64,000 nt of DNA from Octopus sinensis (Eukaryota). The stretch lies in contig NC_042999.1 in NCBI RefSeq assembly GCF_006345805.1, positions 39,742,001 through 39,806,000 of the forward strand, in the 5' to 3' direction. Of the stretch, positions 1 through 11,769 are shown piece after piece; positions within the stretch are counted from its first letter, which is position 1, and each line of letters opens with the position of its first letter. The position numbers were made by a program, and so were the translations under genes. The notes beneath the pieces are model-generated. The model did no database searches and was not told the origin of the DNA. It was given only the letters and a program-made list of their open reading frames with translations.

Positions 1-1370
1 AACGTAAAACATATATTTTTGTCTACTTGCAAAAAGAAAAAGAAAATGATTGTTTAAATTTTTTTAATTGTTGTAAAGCCCACACCATGCCCATTACTTA
101 AAATGTAAATTGTAAATCTGAACATAAATGCAACAGATATGTGCTGTTTAGCTTTAATTAAAAATATATACATGTACAATTACGTGTGTGTGTGTGTATG
201 TATTTATGTATGTATGTATCTATCTATCTTTCTGTATGTCTAATTTCAAAATGGCTTTAAGATGTTTGGCGTCTGTTGGCCAATTTACGTCACTTGGTGT
301 CACTGCTCCCGAAGAGACACCAGATATTTCTATTTTCCATGATTTATGTGCTCGGACAGGTTTGTAATTTCTGCTTAGACAACATTGATTCTAACATCAT
401 ACATTACAACATACGCAGACACACTGCTATATAGCTTGTAATTCACCACCCCAAACTGCAATATCTGAAACCATACAAACTGCCTGTTAGGATGATGCTA
501 CATCTCAGAAGCTGTTGTATAAAAGAGCTACCCTCAAATCGTACGATGTCGTTATAACATACTACAAGAGCACGGCAACAAATGACCACAGTGGTGGAAA
601 TAGACAGCCTATACACTTCTTTAGTTTCAGGCCTAAGGAAAAACTCCATCTTTCCTTTCGCGCTTTACCTCGAGAACGAGATTGCGAATATAGAATGGGT
701 GTACGATTGACAGGCCCCATCCCCTAACACATCTGGCCTAGCAATATCAAACTCTGCTGGTTCTAGAAACTACACACAATACTACATCCAGCACTAGCCA
801 TCAAGAGGAATCAAGAAATACCGCCTTATTTCCACTAATGATATACCCTGTTAATGAATTTTAGGCGACTGGGAAATAGCAATCCAGATATATAAACATA
901 CGCCTGGCTGTTCTTTACACAATATCAGGTTACTGTAAACTACAGTCTCATCCATGCTGACTATCCAGCTGTACCTTTTTAACTTAGCACCACTAAGTTA
1001 CTCCCAGTGAATCTAGTTACTCCCAGTGAATGTCTATTGGCACTAAGTCGCTAAGAAAACGCACTTCAACATCAGCATAGTGACAAGTCCTACCTAGCAA
1101 CATCCTGTCTGAGTGCATAGGTTCGACGATAAGAAAAAGTAACTGATGTCGGTTCCAGACTAATGAGACCTCATGACAGAACTTGGTCAATGCAAGCCTA
1201 ACGTCTAGAAGTTATGTTGAATTTGTCTCAATCACTCGAAGTACGCGCTGTAAATACGTAGGAAATTGTATGGAGCTGGGTCAAACTCGTAATTTATAAT
1301 ATTCATAGCCGGTACGCATATCTATGTGTGCATGTGATTGTGTGGGTGTGTATAGACACATAATCAGATG

Positions 1371-1373
<3 letters not shown>

Positions 1374-1439
<66 letters not shown>

Positions 1440-1460
1440 TATATATATATATATGTATGT
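1374..1460. repeat. (TA)n microsatellite, one of many. Other large tracts lie near 2725-2870, 8660-8730, 9187-9250, 15470-15845, 25335-25430, 25862-25960, 28650-28810, 30060-30290, 34170-34330, 53035-53100, 63040-63130 and 63360-63510
   Basis: Directly visible dinucleotide runs; they generate the spurious poly-IY ORFs in the track. Confidence 0.97.
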
Positions 1461-2584
1461 ATATATATACACATATATTTGCCGGTATGTATATACACAC
1501 ACACATATATATATTTATCACACAACCATACGTGTATATGCATATCCATATGTACAGACCATTCATACACTTATTATCTCATATTATACAGCTGCAGCTA
1601 TACACATGAAAATATGAACATATAGTAAGCTCATAACTACACCTCAACATAATTTTAATATCATTGCTTACATTAAATTTTCTTATCATTTTTTAATAAT
1701 TCATTTAAGAGATAATGAAATGCAATTAATCTAAAATTCCATATAAATTCGAAGTCATTTTGAACGGATAATTTTACACGCTATGTTGTCATATTAACTG
1801 TAATAAAACGGATGTAAACTACCTTCTTAATTAGTAAATTACCGGTGTATGACAACGTGTAGAATTCAAGAAAATAAAGCATGTAGATATATTGAAAAGG
1901 AGAATACCAATTAATGACCTTTTCTAAAAAGAAAATTATGACATAATTATTAGATAAAATTCTTATAGTTACAATGAGATATGTGAATATTAAATCCCAA
2001 CTCCCATCGAGACAATATAGAACAACCTAAGCGAAAAATTTCTTATGGCAATGAGAATCATTATTACGAGCAAAAGAGAAGTCCTGACGATAATGATGAA
2101 AGCGATAACAATTTTAAGGTGGTGACGATGACGATGATGGTAATGTTTATGCTGTGATGATGACAATGATGGTGATAACAAATATGAGCCTAACGCAAAT
2201 GGCTGTCACGAAGTTATTAATTTAAATGATAAAAATATTTGAAATTTGTGGCTAGCTTAACTTTGGTCCATATCCGTTACTGACGCAGTGTAGCTAATGG
2301 ATCTTTATTACTCAGAGCTTATTAGGAAATGCTATAATCAACGAAGTGTGTTCAAAAATTAAAAAGGTGTCAGGCTCTCGGAGTAGTATACGAGGGTGGG
2401 TTAGATTCAATTAAACATTAATAATTTTAAAAGTTCCTTTTAGTGAATTCTCTTGGAAGTGGACGAAATTTGGCATCGTGGTGTTAATAATCATCTTCAA
2501 AAATATGGTTAGCCAACAAGAACATTTATGCGGAGATGGATACTGTATAAGGGGATGGTACTCCAGATTTATCAAAAGGCGTAT

Positions 2585-2725
2585 GAGTGGCTGTGTTGTA
2601 CGTAGCTTGGTTGCGAACCATATGGTTCCAGGTTCAGTTCCACTGCATGGCGTCTTGGACAAGTGTCTTCTACTATAGCCTCGGGCCGGCCAAAACCTTC
2701 AGAGCTGATTTGGTAGACGTAAATT
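2585..2725 (+). mobile_element. Diverged 5' fragment of a tRNA-derived SINE
   Basis: Similar to the tRNA-like head of the full copy at 32743 (ggttccaggttcagttccactgcatggcgtcttggacaagtgtcttctactatagcc). Confidence 0.8.
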
Positions 2726-2732
2726 ATATATA

Positions 2733-2785
<53 letters not shown>

Positions 2786-2800
2786 TATATATATATATAA

Positions 2801-2866
<66 letters not shown>

Positions 2867-2939
2867 GTGTGTACACATTCATATATCTACATAACAGCCT
2901 ACTAATTATTCTACTTGTATATAAGTATAAACTGTGAGT

Positions 2940-3720
2940 ATAGGAAATGATTACCTACTACGTATATTTCCTATTTAGTACTGGGGATGTTTCATTTATG
3001 AGGAGGTACTCCTGTATTTGTCTGATGGTTGGATCCTGTAGGTTCTTGGATAAAATGCGGATATCAAGTTGAACCAGGTTGCCTTCGTGTTGTTCCTTGG
3101 CATGTTGGTAGAGTATAGCGGACTCTGTTTTGCCGCTATATTGTCTCAAATATTCATCTAGTCTTTCCGCAATGCTCCTAGAGGTCTCTATGTATGGCAT
3201 GTTCATATCGTTACAAGCACCTTCTATGTTCTAGACTACTTTTCTAGCTCTGTAGATAATGTCAGGCTTAGTCCTATATACCCTGCACTTATCATTGGTG
3301 CATATGGTATTCTCAAAGGGGTACATGCTACACAGTTGTCAACTGATGGAGTTTGCTGGCTATTCAGCAATCTTAATGTTAAGTTTGGTCTCCTGCAAAT
3401 TTTCCTAAATCTACGGACTCGCTCTCAATGGGCTGTGGATTCTACAAACCTCACTTCTTGATATTTGTCGGTTCTATACCACGTGTTCACCGTGTTTACT
3501 TTGTCACAAGCTCTTTGTATGCTATTCCAGTAATTACTTGTATATCTAGGGCAAGTACCATTGATTTAACTACATATAACGTTATCTAACTTCTTTCTAG
3601 CATCCCTGTATAATCGAACCCTATCTTTCTGATCATATCCAGAGAATTGCATGCGGTTCATGAAGTTCTGTACATGTTTCTTCGTGTCATAGTGCCTACA
3701 TAGTGGGGACACGTTTTTCA
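2940..3720 (-). mobile_element. Penelope-like retroelement remnant (C-terminal region and GIY-YIG endonuclease), degraded
   Basis: Minus ORF 2958-3206 reads YI(-)ETSRSIAERLDEY...H...H...IL...R.I.E.LLI....PVLNR, matching the PLE GIY-YIG pattern YIGET.R...R..EH...LNR; a Cys-containing linker lies upstream. Confidence 0.75.
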
Positions 3721-4278
3721 TTATACTAAGTCTGCTATCAGTATGTTAAATTTCATGTAATATGACAAAGCTGAAGGAAATATACGTATTAGGTAATCAT
3801 ACGCCGAAACGCACAGTTTATATTTATATAACGGTAGAATAGCTAGTGGGCTGTTATGTAGCTGTATGTATGTGTGTATACATATGTATACATAAACGTG
3901 TGTGTATATGCACATGCGTGTAGGCAAATGGGTATTAATGTAAACAGATAGACATACAGACGTTTAGGTACATAGGTAATATGTACAGTCAAGCACACAT
4001 AAACACCTACATGCAAATGAAGATTGAAACACATGACCATACACACCCACAAACTTAATTTCACACAAGGATACATATGGAGACACACATCCATACATAC
4101 AGACAATACACATAATTACAAAAACCCTTACACACACATTCAGTCATGCACACAAAAAGAGACAGAGGTACACATACATACACATGAAAACACTCACACA
4201 CACAAATTAGCACAGAAACACATGAACATGCATTATACATGCATGCAAACGCACACGCATACATAAATATATATATAT

Positions 4279-4557
4279 AGTGCGGAAATGGCTCAAGACC
4301 GGGGTGTCGTGGCCGAGTCTGTGGTCTTGGTGGTGTTTGAGAGGTAGAGTGGAGAGGTGGTAGGTGAGGGGAAACGGGAGGTGGGTGACGGCGGGGCGGG
4401 TGCGGGTAGAGAGAGCAGATGCACGGTCCACGGAACGTGCTCTGGCAAGGGTGGTGTGGATAGTGGTGAAAGGATATCGATGTAGGAGGAATTGACGAGC
4501 CATGAGCAACGAGACTACGGCAGCGGTACTGCGGCAGCACTCGTCCTATTTTTCTGG

Positions 4558-4560
<3 letters not shown>
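4279..4560. promoter_or_regulatory. GC/CpG-rich island with a GC box (GGGGCGGG, 4393-4400); possible promoter or 5' UTR
   Basis: Unique, G-rich, CpG-containing stretch in an AT-rich background; not similar to any repeat in the window. Confidence 0.4.
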
Positions 4561-4594
<34 letters not shown>

Positions 4595-4903
4595 CATATA
4601 TATATGTAAAGAGAACAAAGTGTACAAAGTGTACTTTCACACACACGCACACACATATGTATGTACACACACACACACACATATATATATATATTTATAT
4701 ACATCCATATTTGCGTGTCTGACTGCGTGGAATTTTATGTTTGAGAGTGTGTGTCCCGTGTTATTACCTGTGTGTCAATACTTTTATTAAGCTCTACATT
4801 ATTTATGGTTACTCTAGAATTATTCCTGTTATTCACGTTGCTCTGCAACGAAAAGCACTTCAAATTACCAACAACGATACTCTCCCAGTACTTTGCGTGA
4901 GCC

Positions 4904-4951
4904 ATGGTGAAATTGATACGACGATTCATATTCGATAATATATACGTTTGG
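4904..4951 (+). CDS. Candidate first coding exon (MVKLIRRFIFDNIYVW) of an unidentified gene
   Basis: Strong Kozak context gccATGg, followed by a donor TGG|gtaatt, downstream of the GC island; no homology recognised. Confidence 0.3.
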
Positions 4952-5214
4952 GTAATTGTTTAAATGTAATGACGACTATCTTGCAGCTTCAGGCATTACA
5001 CTGTGTTGTAATTTCATGAATTTAAATGGATTTGAAACAAATGGGAATTGACTGCGGCCAAATATAATGTTTTCATGTGTATTAGTTTTGTGATTATACA
5101 TTGATGCTATCGGTCTTTAGCTTCCGCTGAGACATGATCGAGTAGACCTCTCGTCAACTACCTTACACTAATTTTTACAAGGATGTCTTCAAAGTCCGCA
5201 ATCTGGCAGAACCG

Positions 5215-5340
5215 TTAGCGCACCGGGTAAAATGTTTCGAAGCGTTCAGTCCGTGTTCATATTCTGCTTTCGAATTCCGTTGAGCTCTTTATTCTTTCGA
5301 GGTCCTTCAAATTAGGCTCGACTAGGACATTCCTTCGAAA
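5215..5340 (+). mobile_element. Highly diverged SINE fragment of the family seen at 50790
   Basis: ctggcagaaccgttagcgcaccgggtaaaatg...ttcgaattccg resembles the SINE head at 50790. Confidence 0.6.
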
Positions 5341-6530
5341 TTACTGGCCTTTTGCCAAAATTTGAAACCAGTGTATCTTATTTTCCATTAATAAAACATA
5401 AAGCTTTGTGACTGCAACAAACCCCGTAGATGCACTGAATACATTTCGTGTAATTATTGGTGATGAGACCAAGGTATAAGTACATGCAATAATCCATTGT
5501 TTGACTCATTTACATAATGAAATATGGATTTTCATGTTAATCCTTTCTGAAAAACAAGGTAGTGTGTATTAAGTTCGTAGCAATATTCTAATTTCATGTG
5601 AATCTAAATTATATAGTGACTGTTCACATTTATTTTGTGCTCTCAGGAAAAATATTTAGAAAATATAACACATTATTTGCGTTTGAGATTCTGAATTGAA
5701 ACTGGTCAAATAAATTTATCGAAGTGTTGTACGATAGCCGGCGTGTCTGTGATTTTAATAGCTAAAATGTAGCAGTCCACTAACCATAACAAAATTTATT
5801 TCAACAAAAGAGATCTTCGCCTCGTAATATAATCTATTTTGAATTTTGATACTGATTTAATTATTCTATAACATTTTTTATTACGTTATAAGTTTATAGG
5901 AAAGTGTATCAGAAGAAAAAATACAACAAATTTATTTGAGTAAAAATAATATAATAACGCTAAGCCGAAATTTTAATATAAAAAAAAATGTGTGTTTTAA
6001 TGACTGGGTTATTAAAATTTTGTAACTCAACAAATTATACAAAAGAAATTTTCCAGCCAAATGTAACTATTTAAGACGCATTCAGTGAAGAGTGAAAATA
6101 TAAGACTATTAATATTTCTTTGAAGAATGACCAAGAAATTGATATAAATAGAGAAGCAGTAAAAATGAGCTATACAAGAATTATAACACTTGCACAATCA
6201 TCAGTTTAATATTCTGATGGAAGAGATCAATATATTATGAATTACGAATCATAATAAGTACTAGTATGTGCCGATGCATATCTAGTGAATTCTTTAATAT
6301 AGTTGAAAACCAGGTCATGCGAAATTTCGTTAAGCAACCTCGAATCGAAATCTTTCTTCAATTAGTACAAGCGTTCATTTCCTTGTCTATAGGCAAGTAA
6401 CATATAATTTTGCTGCACATGCCAGTATATTTCATACAGATTTTACAAGGCGTTAAATTCTAGTTCCTTATCGACATTGAATCAAGTCCACCTACAAACA
6501 TTTCAAGTAAATGTGTTTCAAATTGGGTAA

Positions 6531-6579
<49 letters not shown>

Positions 6580-6849
6580 CTATATATATATAATATCAGT
6601 AATGCAATACAAAGTATCGCCTTCCAGTAAAAAGTAGCCCGTGAGGGAAAAAATACACAAATTAGTAAATAAATGGCACAACTAAGTACCGATATTTACT
6701 GGAAATAGCGAACGTAAAAATACGACGCTAATGTGTAGCTTCACCGCGTATGTATTAGCAAAAATGCGTGTGTGCAACAAACTAGAGCAAAAAAACGTCT
6801 TACCTCCAGGGAGAACATCTGAAAGATGAAACTCCCGGAAAAGGACAAT

Positions 6850-6917
6850 GTGGGACCTGCAGGTTTCAGGTTTTACAAGATATGTCTCTCACCCATATTT
6901 TGTTTTACCTTCATCAG
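6850..6917 (-). ncRNA. Hammerhead core in the inverted copy; the helix I 5' strand is lost at the inversion junction
   Basis: Reverse complement reads CTGATGA-aggt...acct-GAAA-CCTGCAGG-TC; the inversion breaks exactly at the C of CTGATGA. Confidence 0.6.
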
Positions 6918-7231
6918 AGGTAAGACGTTTTTTGCTCTAGTTTGTTGCACACACGCATTTTTGCTAATACATACGCGGTGAAGCTACACATTAGCGTCGT
7001 ATTTTTACGTTCGCTATTTCCAGTAAATATCGGTACTTTGTTGTGCCATTTATTTACTAATTTGTGTATTTTTTCCCTCACGGGCTACTTTTTACTGGAA
7101 GGCGATACTTTGTATTGCATTACTGATATTTTGAAACTTCTTCACCGTTTCACGTACTGTTAGCGTTCCGCATTTCAGTCGAGTGTGATAGTATTAATGT
7201 GGTAACATCGTAGATTTCGTCTTGCTATATA

Positions 7232-7304
7232 CTTGTCTGATGAAGGTAAAACAAAATATGCGTGAGAGACATATCTTGTAAAACCTGAAACCTGCAGGTC
7301 CCAC
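7232..7304 (+). ncRNA. Minimal type I hammerhead motif, unit 1 (predicted cleavage after 7300; first helix I pair mismatched)
   Basis: CTGATGA 7237-7243; helix II AGGT/ACCT extended by ACAA/TTGT and ATATG/CATAT; GAAA 7287-7290; palindromic CCTGCAGG; GUC 7298-7300. Confidence 0.65.
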
Positions 7305-7663
7305 ATTGTCCTTTTCCGGGTGTTTCATCTTTCAGATGTTCTCCCTGGAGGTAGGACGTTTTTTTGCTCTAGTTTGTTGCACACACGCATTTTTGCTAAT
7401 ACATACGCGGTGAAGCTACACATTAGCGTCGTATTTTTACGTTCGCTATTTCCAGTAAATATCGGTACTTAGTTGTGCCATTTATTTACTAATTTGTGTA
7501 TTTTTTCCCTCACGGGCTACTTTTTACTGGAAGGCGATACTTTGTATTGCATTACTGATATTTTGAAATTTCTTCACCCTTTCACGTACTGTTAGCGTTC
7601 CGCATTTCAGTCGAGTGTGATAGTATTAATGTGGTAACATCGTAGATTTCGTCTTGCTATATA

Positions 7664-7736
7664 CTTGTCTGATGAAGGTAAAACAAAATATGCGTGAGAG
7701 ACATATCTTGTAAAACCTGAAACCTGCAGGTCCCAC
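7664..7736 (+). ncRNA. Minimal type I hammerhead motif, unit 2 (predicted cleavage after 7732)
   Basis: Same core as unit 1; CTGATGA 7669-7675. Confidence 0.65.
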
Positions 7737-8092
7737 ATTGTCCTTTTCCGGGTGTTTCATCTTTCAGATGTTCTCCCTGGAGGTAGGACGTTTTTTTGCT
7801 CTAGTTTGTTGCACACACGCATTTTTGCTAATACATACGCGGTGAAGCTACACATTAGCGTCGTATTTTTACGTTCGCTATTTCCAGTAAATATCGGTAC
7901 TTAGTTGTGCCATTTATTTACTAATTTGTGTATTTTTTCCCTCACGGGCTACTTTTTACTGGAAGGCGATACTTTGTATTGCATTACTGATATTTTGAAA
8001 TTTCTTCACCCTTTCTCGTACTGTTAGCGTTCCGCATTTCAGTCGAGTGTGATAGTATTAATGTGGTAACATCGTAGATTTCGTCTTGGTAT

Positions 8093-8170
8093 ATGCTTGG
8101 CTGATGAAGGTAAAACAAAATATGGGTGAGAGACATATCTTGTAAAACCTGAAACCTGCAGGTCCCACAT
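8093..8170 (+). ncRNA. Minimal type I hammerhead motif, unit 3, best preserved (predicted cleavage after 8164)
   Basis: TGG-CTGATGA (8101-8107)...GAAA (8151-8154)-CCTGCAGG-TC-CCA; helix I TGG/CCA plus ATG/CAT after a 2-nt bulge. Confidence 0.75.
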
Positions 8171-8434
8171 TGTCCTTTTCCGGGTGTTTCATCTTTCAGA
8201 TGTTTTCCCTGGAGGTAGGACGTTTTTTTGCTCTAGTTTGTTGCACACACGCATTTTTGCTAATACATACGCGGTGAAGCTACACATTAGCGTCGAATTT
8301 TTACGTTCGCTATTTCCAGTAAATATCGGTACTTAGTTGTGCCATTTATTTACTAATTTGTATATATATATATATATATATATAAGTTCTTCCATGGGTA
8401 TGAGTAATTATTTCATTTATTTCTTTGCCGCATT

Positions 8435-8488
8435 TATCACTGACGAAGAGAAGGTTCTTATGAATTAACTCTGAAATCGGGTCCGATA
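8435..8488 (+). ncRNA. Degenerate minimal hammerhead motif in an unrelated repeat fragment
   Basis: tatca-CTGACGA-AGAG...CTCT-GAAA-tcggGTC-cgata; helix II has 4 bp; helix I has 4 of 5 pairs. Confidence 0.5.
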
Positions 8489-8659
8489 TGATAATAACGT
8501 AATTTTTTAGAAATTCCCGTCGGCTCTCTTCGAGACGCGTGCTTATAGTGATGAATTATATTGGTATGGACGTTGTGTCTAGTTTCGGTATATTTGGCAT
8601 TAGAATTATTTTTCTTTTGCCCTTGTTTATAAGTTTAAAATGTTATCCTACATTAGATG

Positions 8660-8713
<54 letters not shown>

Positions 8714-9183
8714 ATATATATATATATGTAAGATTTTTTTGCGTAATGAGATAAAAAACGAAGACTGTGTAGATATTAGAACATTTCTAGATAGAAAGTC
8801 TTACAGCTGTTTCCAGAATATTTGTTAATTATATCCCTTCATCGGAGATGGTGCGAGAGGATGGTTAAGTAATAGTTAACTATGAAAGGATATAATTAAT
8901 AAATATCCTGGAAATAGTTGTAAGGCCTTCTATCTATATATGTCCTAATAACTACACAGCGTGGCTGTTTTATTTCATTACGCAAAAAGTTCTTATATAC
9001 ACACGCTGAAATATGGCCAACGTTGAACCCGTTATTCGCAATATCAACGAACCTGAAACTTAACTATCATCTGTCTGTAGCACTTAATATCTAAATGGAG
9101 TATCGTAAAACTATTCACAGGCTATAAATGTATGAAAGAGATAAGAAATTGACTCATATGTTATATTTGGCAATTCATATGAA

Positions 9184-9251
<68 letters not shown>

Positions 9252-9586
9252 AAAGGGCTTAGTAAAATAAATTACTTAAATAGAGAGAGATGAATTATAA
9301 TTTCAACAATTGAGGGTAAAATTAATTAATTAAACAATTTCACCAAGTTTCAGTATGCAAAGGGACCATTTAAGGAGATTCAAATTATTACATATATAAA
9401 AGGGCTTAGTAAAATAAATTACTTTGCCGCATACTGAACTCATTAGAAATAGCAGCTAAAAAAACATTTATAAAACTATTCTAATACTTAAAGAAAACCT
9501 CTCTCATATAGTGTTTGCTCAATTCAACTCACGGAAGTATGGGGGGTAGAGGTAGAGACATTAAAAAATCAGATGCAAAGGTTATT

Positions 9587-9639
9587 TGAGAACGTACGTT
9601 TCAAGATTAGTCAAACTCGACACTTCTATCATCAGCTCA
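9587..9639 (-). ncRNA. Minimal type I hammerhead motif (GUU site; U-U mismatch at the base of helix II)
   Basis: Minus strand reads TGAG-CTGATGA-tAGA...TCTt-GAAA-CGTACG-TT-CTCA; helix I TGAG/CTCA; palindrome ACGTACGT. Confidence 0.6.
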
Positions 9640-10146
9640 GAACTCCCTGGTTTGGATTTGAAAACACTGAAAGTGGGAGCATACATACTCCTTCGGCCTC
9701 CTATCGCTTCTGAAGATCCGCTCGTAACTAACAGTGCCAACAACTCAAATATGCAAGCGAAGAATTTCTGCTCTCCCTTTCCACCAGCGTGGGTTAAAAT
9801 CAGCAAACACTATGCTTTTTTCGGTAAAATCCGAGGCATTTAAATAGAGAGAGATGAATTATAATTTCAACAATTGAGGGTAAAATTAATTAATTAATCA
9901 ATTTCACCAAGTGTTCAGTATGCAAAGGACCATTTAAGGAGAATTCAATTATTACATTATATAAAAGGGCTTAGTAAAATAAATTACTTTGCCGCATACT
10001 GAACTCATTAGAAATAGCAGCTAAAAAAACATTTATAAAACTATTTCTAATACTTAAAGAAAACCTCTCTCATATAGTGTTTGCTCAATTCGACTCACGG
10101 AAGTATGGGGGGTAGAGACATTAAAAAATCAGATGCAAAGGTTATT

Positions 10147-10199
10147 TGAGAACGTACGTTTCAAGATTAGTCAAACTCGACACTTCTATCATCAGCTCA
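10147..10199 (-). ncRNA. Minimal type I hammerhead motif, second unit of array B
   Basis: Core identical to 9587-9639. Confidence 0.6.
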
Positions 10200-10549
10200 G
10201 AACTCCCTGGTTTGGATTTGAAAACACTGAAAGTGGGAGCATACTCCTTCGGCCTCCTATCGCTTCTGAAGATCCGCTCGTAACTAACAGTGCCAACAAA
10301 CTCAAATATGCAAGCGAAGAATTTCTGCTCTCCCTTTCCACCAGCGTGGGTTAAAATCAGCAAACACTATGCTTTTTTCGGTAAAATTCTAATGAGTTCA
10401 GTATGCGGCAAAGTAATTTATTTTACTAAGCCCTTTTATATAATGTAATAATTTGAATTCGCCTTAAATGGTCCCTTTGCATACTGAACACTTGGTGAAA
10501 TTGATTAATTAATTAATTTTACCCTCAATTGTTGAAATTATATATATAT

Positions 10550-10581
<32 letters not shown>

Positions 10582-10658
10582 ATATATATGTTTATATATA
10601 CACGCATATACATATATACATAGACACGCATATATGGAGATATATATATATACATACT

Positions 10659-10689
<31 letters not shown>

Positions 10690-11457
10690 TAATCAAAATG
10701 GCGGCATCTGATCAACATGTGCTTTTTAAGCTCCTAGAAAATCGCCGATAAATTTCGGAGAATCCTTGAATGTCTTCCTGAATGACTAAGTATTGACTTG
10801 AGGAAATAGAAATATAAAGTGAAATATATTAAGTAGGAATAATCTTTTGCGAATGTAGTAATTATAAACAGTGCAAATAATGGATTTTACGAAATTTCAA
10901 GATTAACTGCGATTTTCGATCGGAACAAAAGAATAAAAGAAAATGAAATCATCATCTGAATAACTTTTGAATGAAAGCGTAGCTAGACATATTTAAAAAA
11001 AAAAAAGAAAAACCATCTGAAATATATAGAAGGGGAGAACAGAAAATATATACACGTAGAGCACATGGTATCACTTTAACTCGAAGAGAAGTTCGAAATC
11101 TTCCACTGCCTTGGAAATACCCGTCTCTTTGGAAAAACTAGATAAGCATCTGTGTATATATTTATATATACATTCCCTGGATATTGGAACAGTACCTCTA
11201 ATGACTCTACAAATTGAAAATAACTGTGTCTCTTTGCCGTGAATTTGTGTTACCATGTGTAGCAACCACGATCGAAAACATGCCATTCTACTTCGTAAAG
11301 ATATCTGTGAGTACATCCCGAATTCTAGAAAAACCATACACACAGTTTCTCTACAACATCCATACATACAGTTTTATTTATCAGCACGCGCCGCACACAA
11401 ATATATACACAAAGCGAATCTAAATCATACTTTCTTCTTCATCAATCATTATATCCT

Positions 11458-11722
11458 TACATCTTTTGATTGTACATATAATTGTATCGTTTTATACACA
11501 CACATACAATGAGAGAAGCGGGAACAGTAAACAACGAAAAATAAGATATTATTTATTTATCTCCCTAACAAGTGCGTGCATTATAAACACACCAACCATT
11601 GACTCCTTACATCTCTTGATTACACATATAATTGCATCTTGTATACACACATACAATGGGGAAAGCGAAAACAGTTAACAACAAATAGTAACATCCTATT
11701 TATCTTCCTAACAAGTGTGCTA
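11458..11722. repeat. Diverged ~150-bp direct duplication
   Basis: 11458-11580 aligns with 11608-11722 (tacatc..ttgatt..catataattg..atacacac..atacaat...ctaacaagtg). Confidence 0.75.
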
Positions 11723-11769
11723 TATCTTCACTTTTTTTCTTTCTTTCTTTACCTTGAACTACAGTACGG

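Larger units (their letters stand above)
6594..8360 (+). repeat. Array A: 432-bp tandem repeat (units start at 6917, 7348, 7780 and 8212, the last partial) preceded by an inverted partial copy (6594-6917); retrozyme-like or PLE pseudo-LTR-like
   Basis: Near-identical direct units spaced 431-432 bp; 6594-6917 is the reverse complement of the unit junction; flanked by (TCTA)n/(TA)n and (TA)n. Confidence 0.95.
9250..10530 (-). repeat. Array B: ~560-bp tandem repeat (9278-9840 and 9841-10388) plus an inverted partial copy (~10387-10530); retrozyme-like or PLE pseudo-LTR-like
   Basis: Two near-identical direct units 560 bp apart; the terminal segment is the reverse complement of ~9861-10010; (TA)n on both sides. 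Confidence 0.93.

Noticed and set aside
1150-1200. CTAATGA-gacc...ggtc-aatg hammerhead-like trace
   Set aside because: Both core segments are mutated, and no helix I or III can be drawn.
6917-8360. Array A as a CRISPR array or coding repeat
   Set aside because: There are no unique spacers, the context is eukaryotic, and stops occur in all three plus frames of the unit.
10694-10705. Perfect YY1-type motif CAAAATGGCGGC
   Set aside because: A single motif next to repeat debris, with no promoter context.
11071-11367. 98-aa minus ORF with ISRECIYKYI, faintly like an IS30/Tc1 helix-turn-helix
   Set aside because: One short motif only; no DDE region or TIRs.
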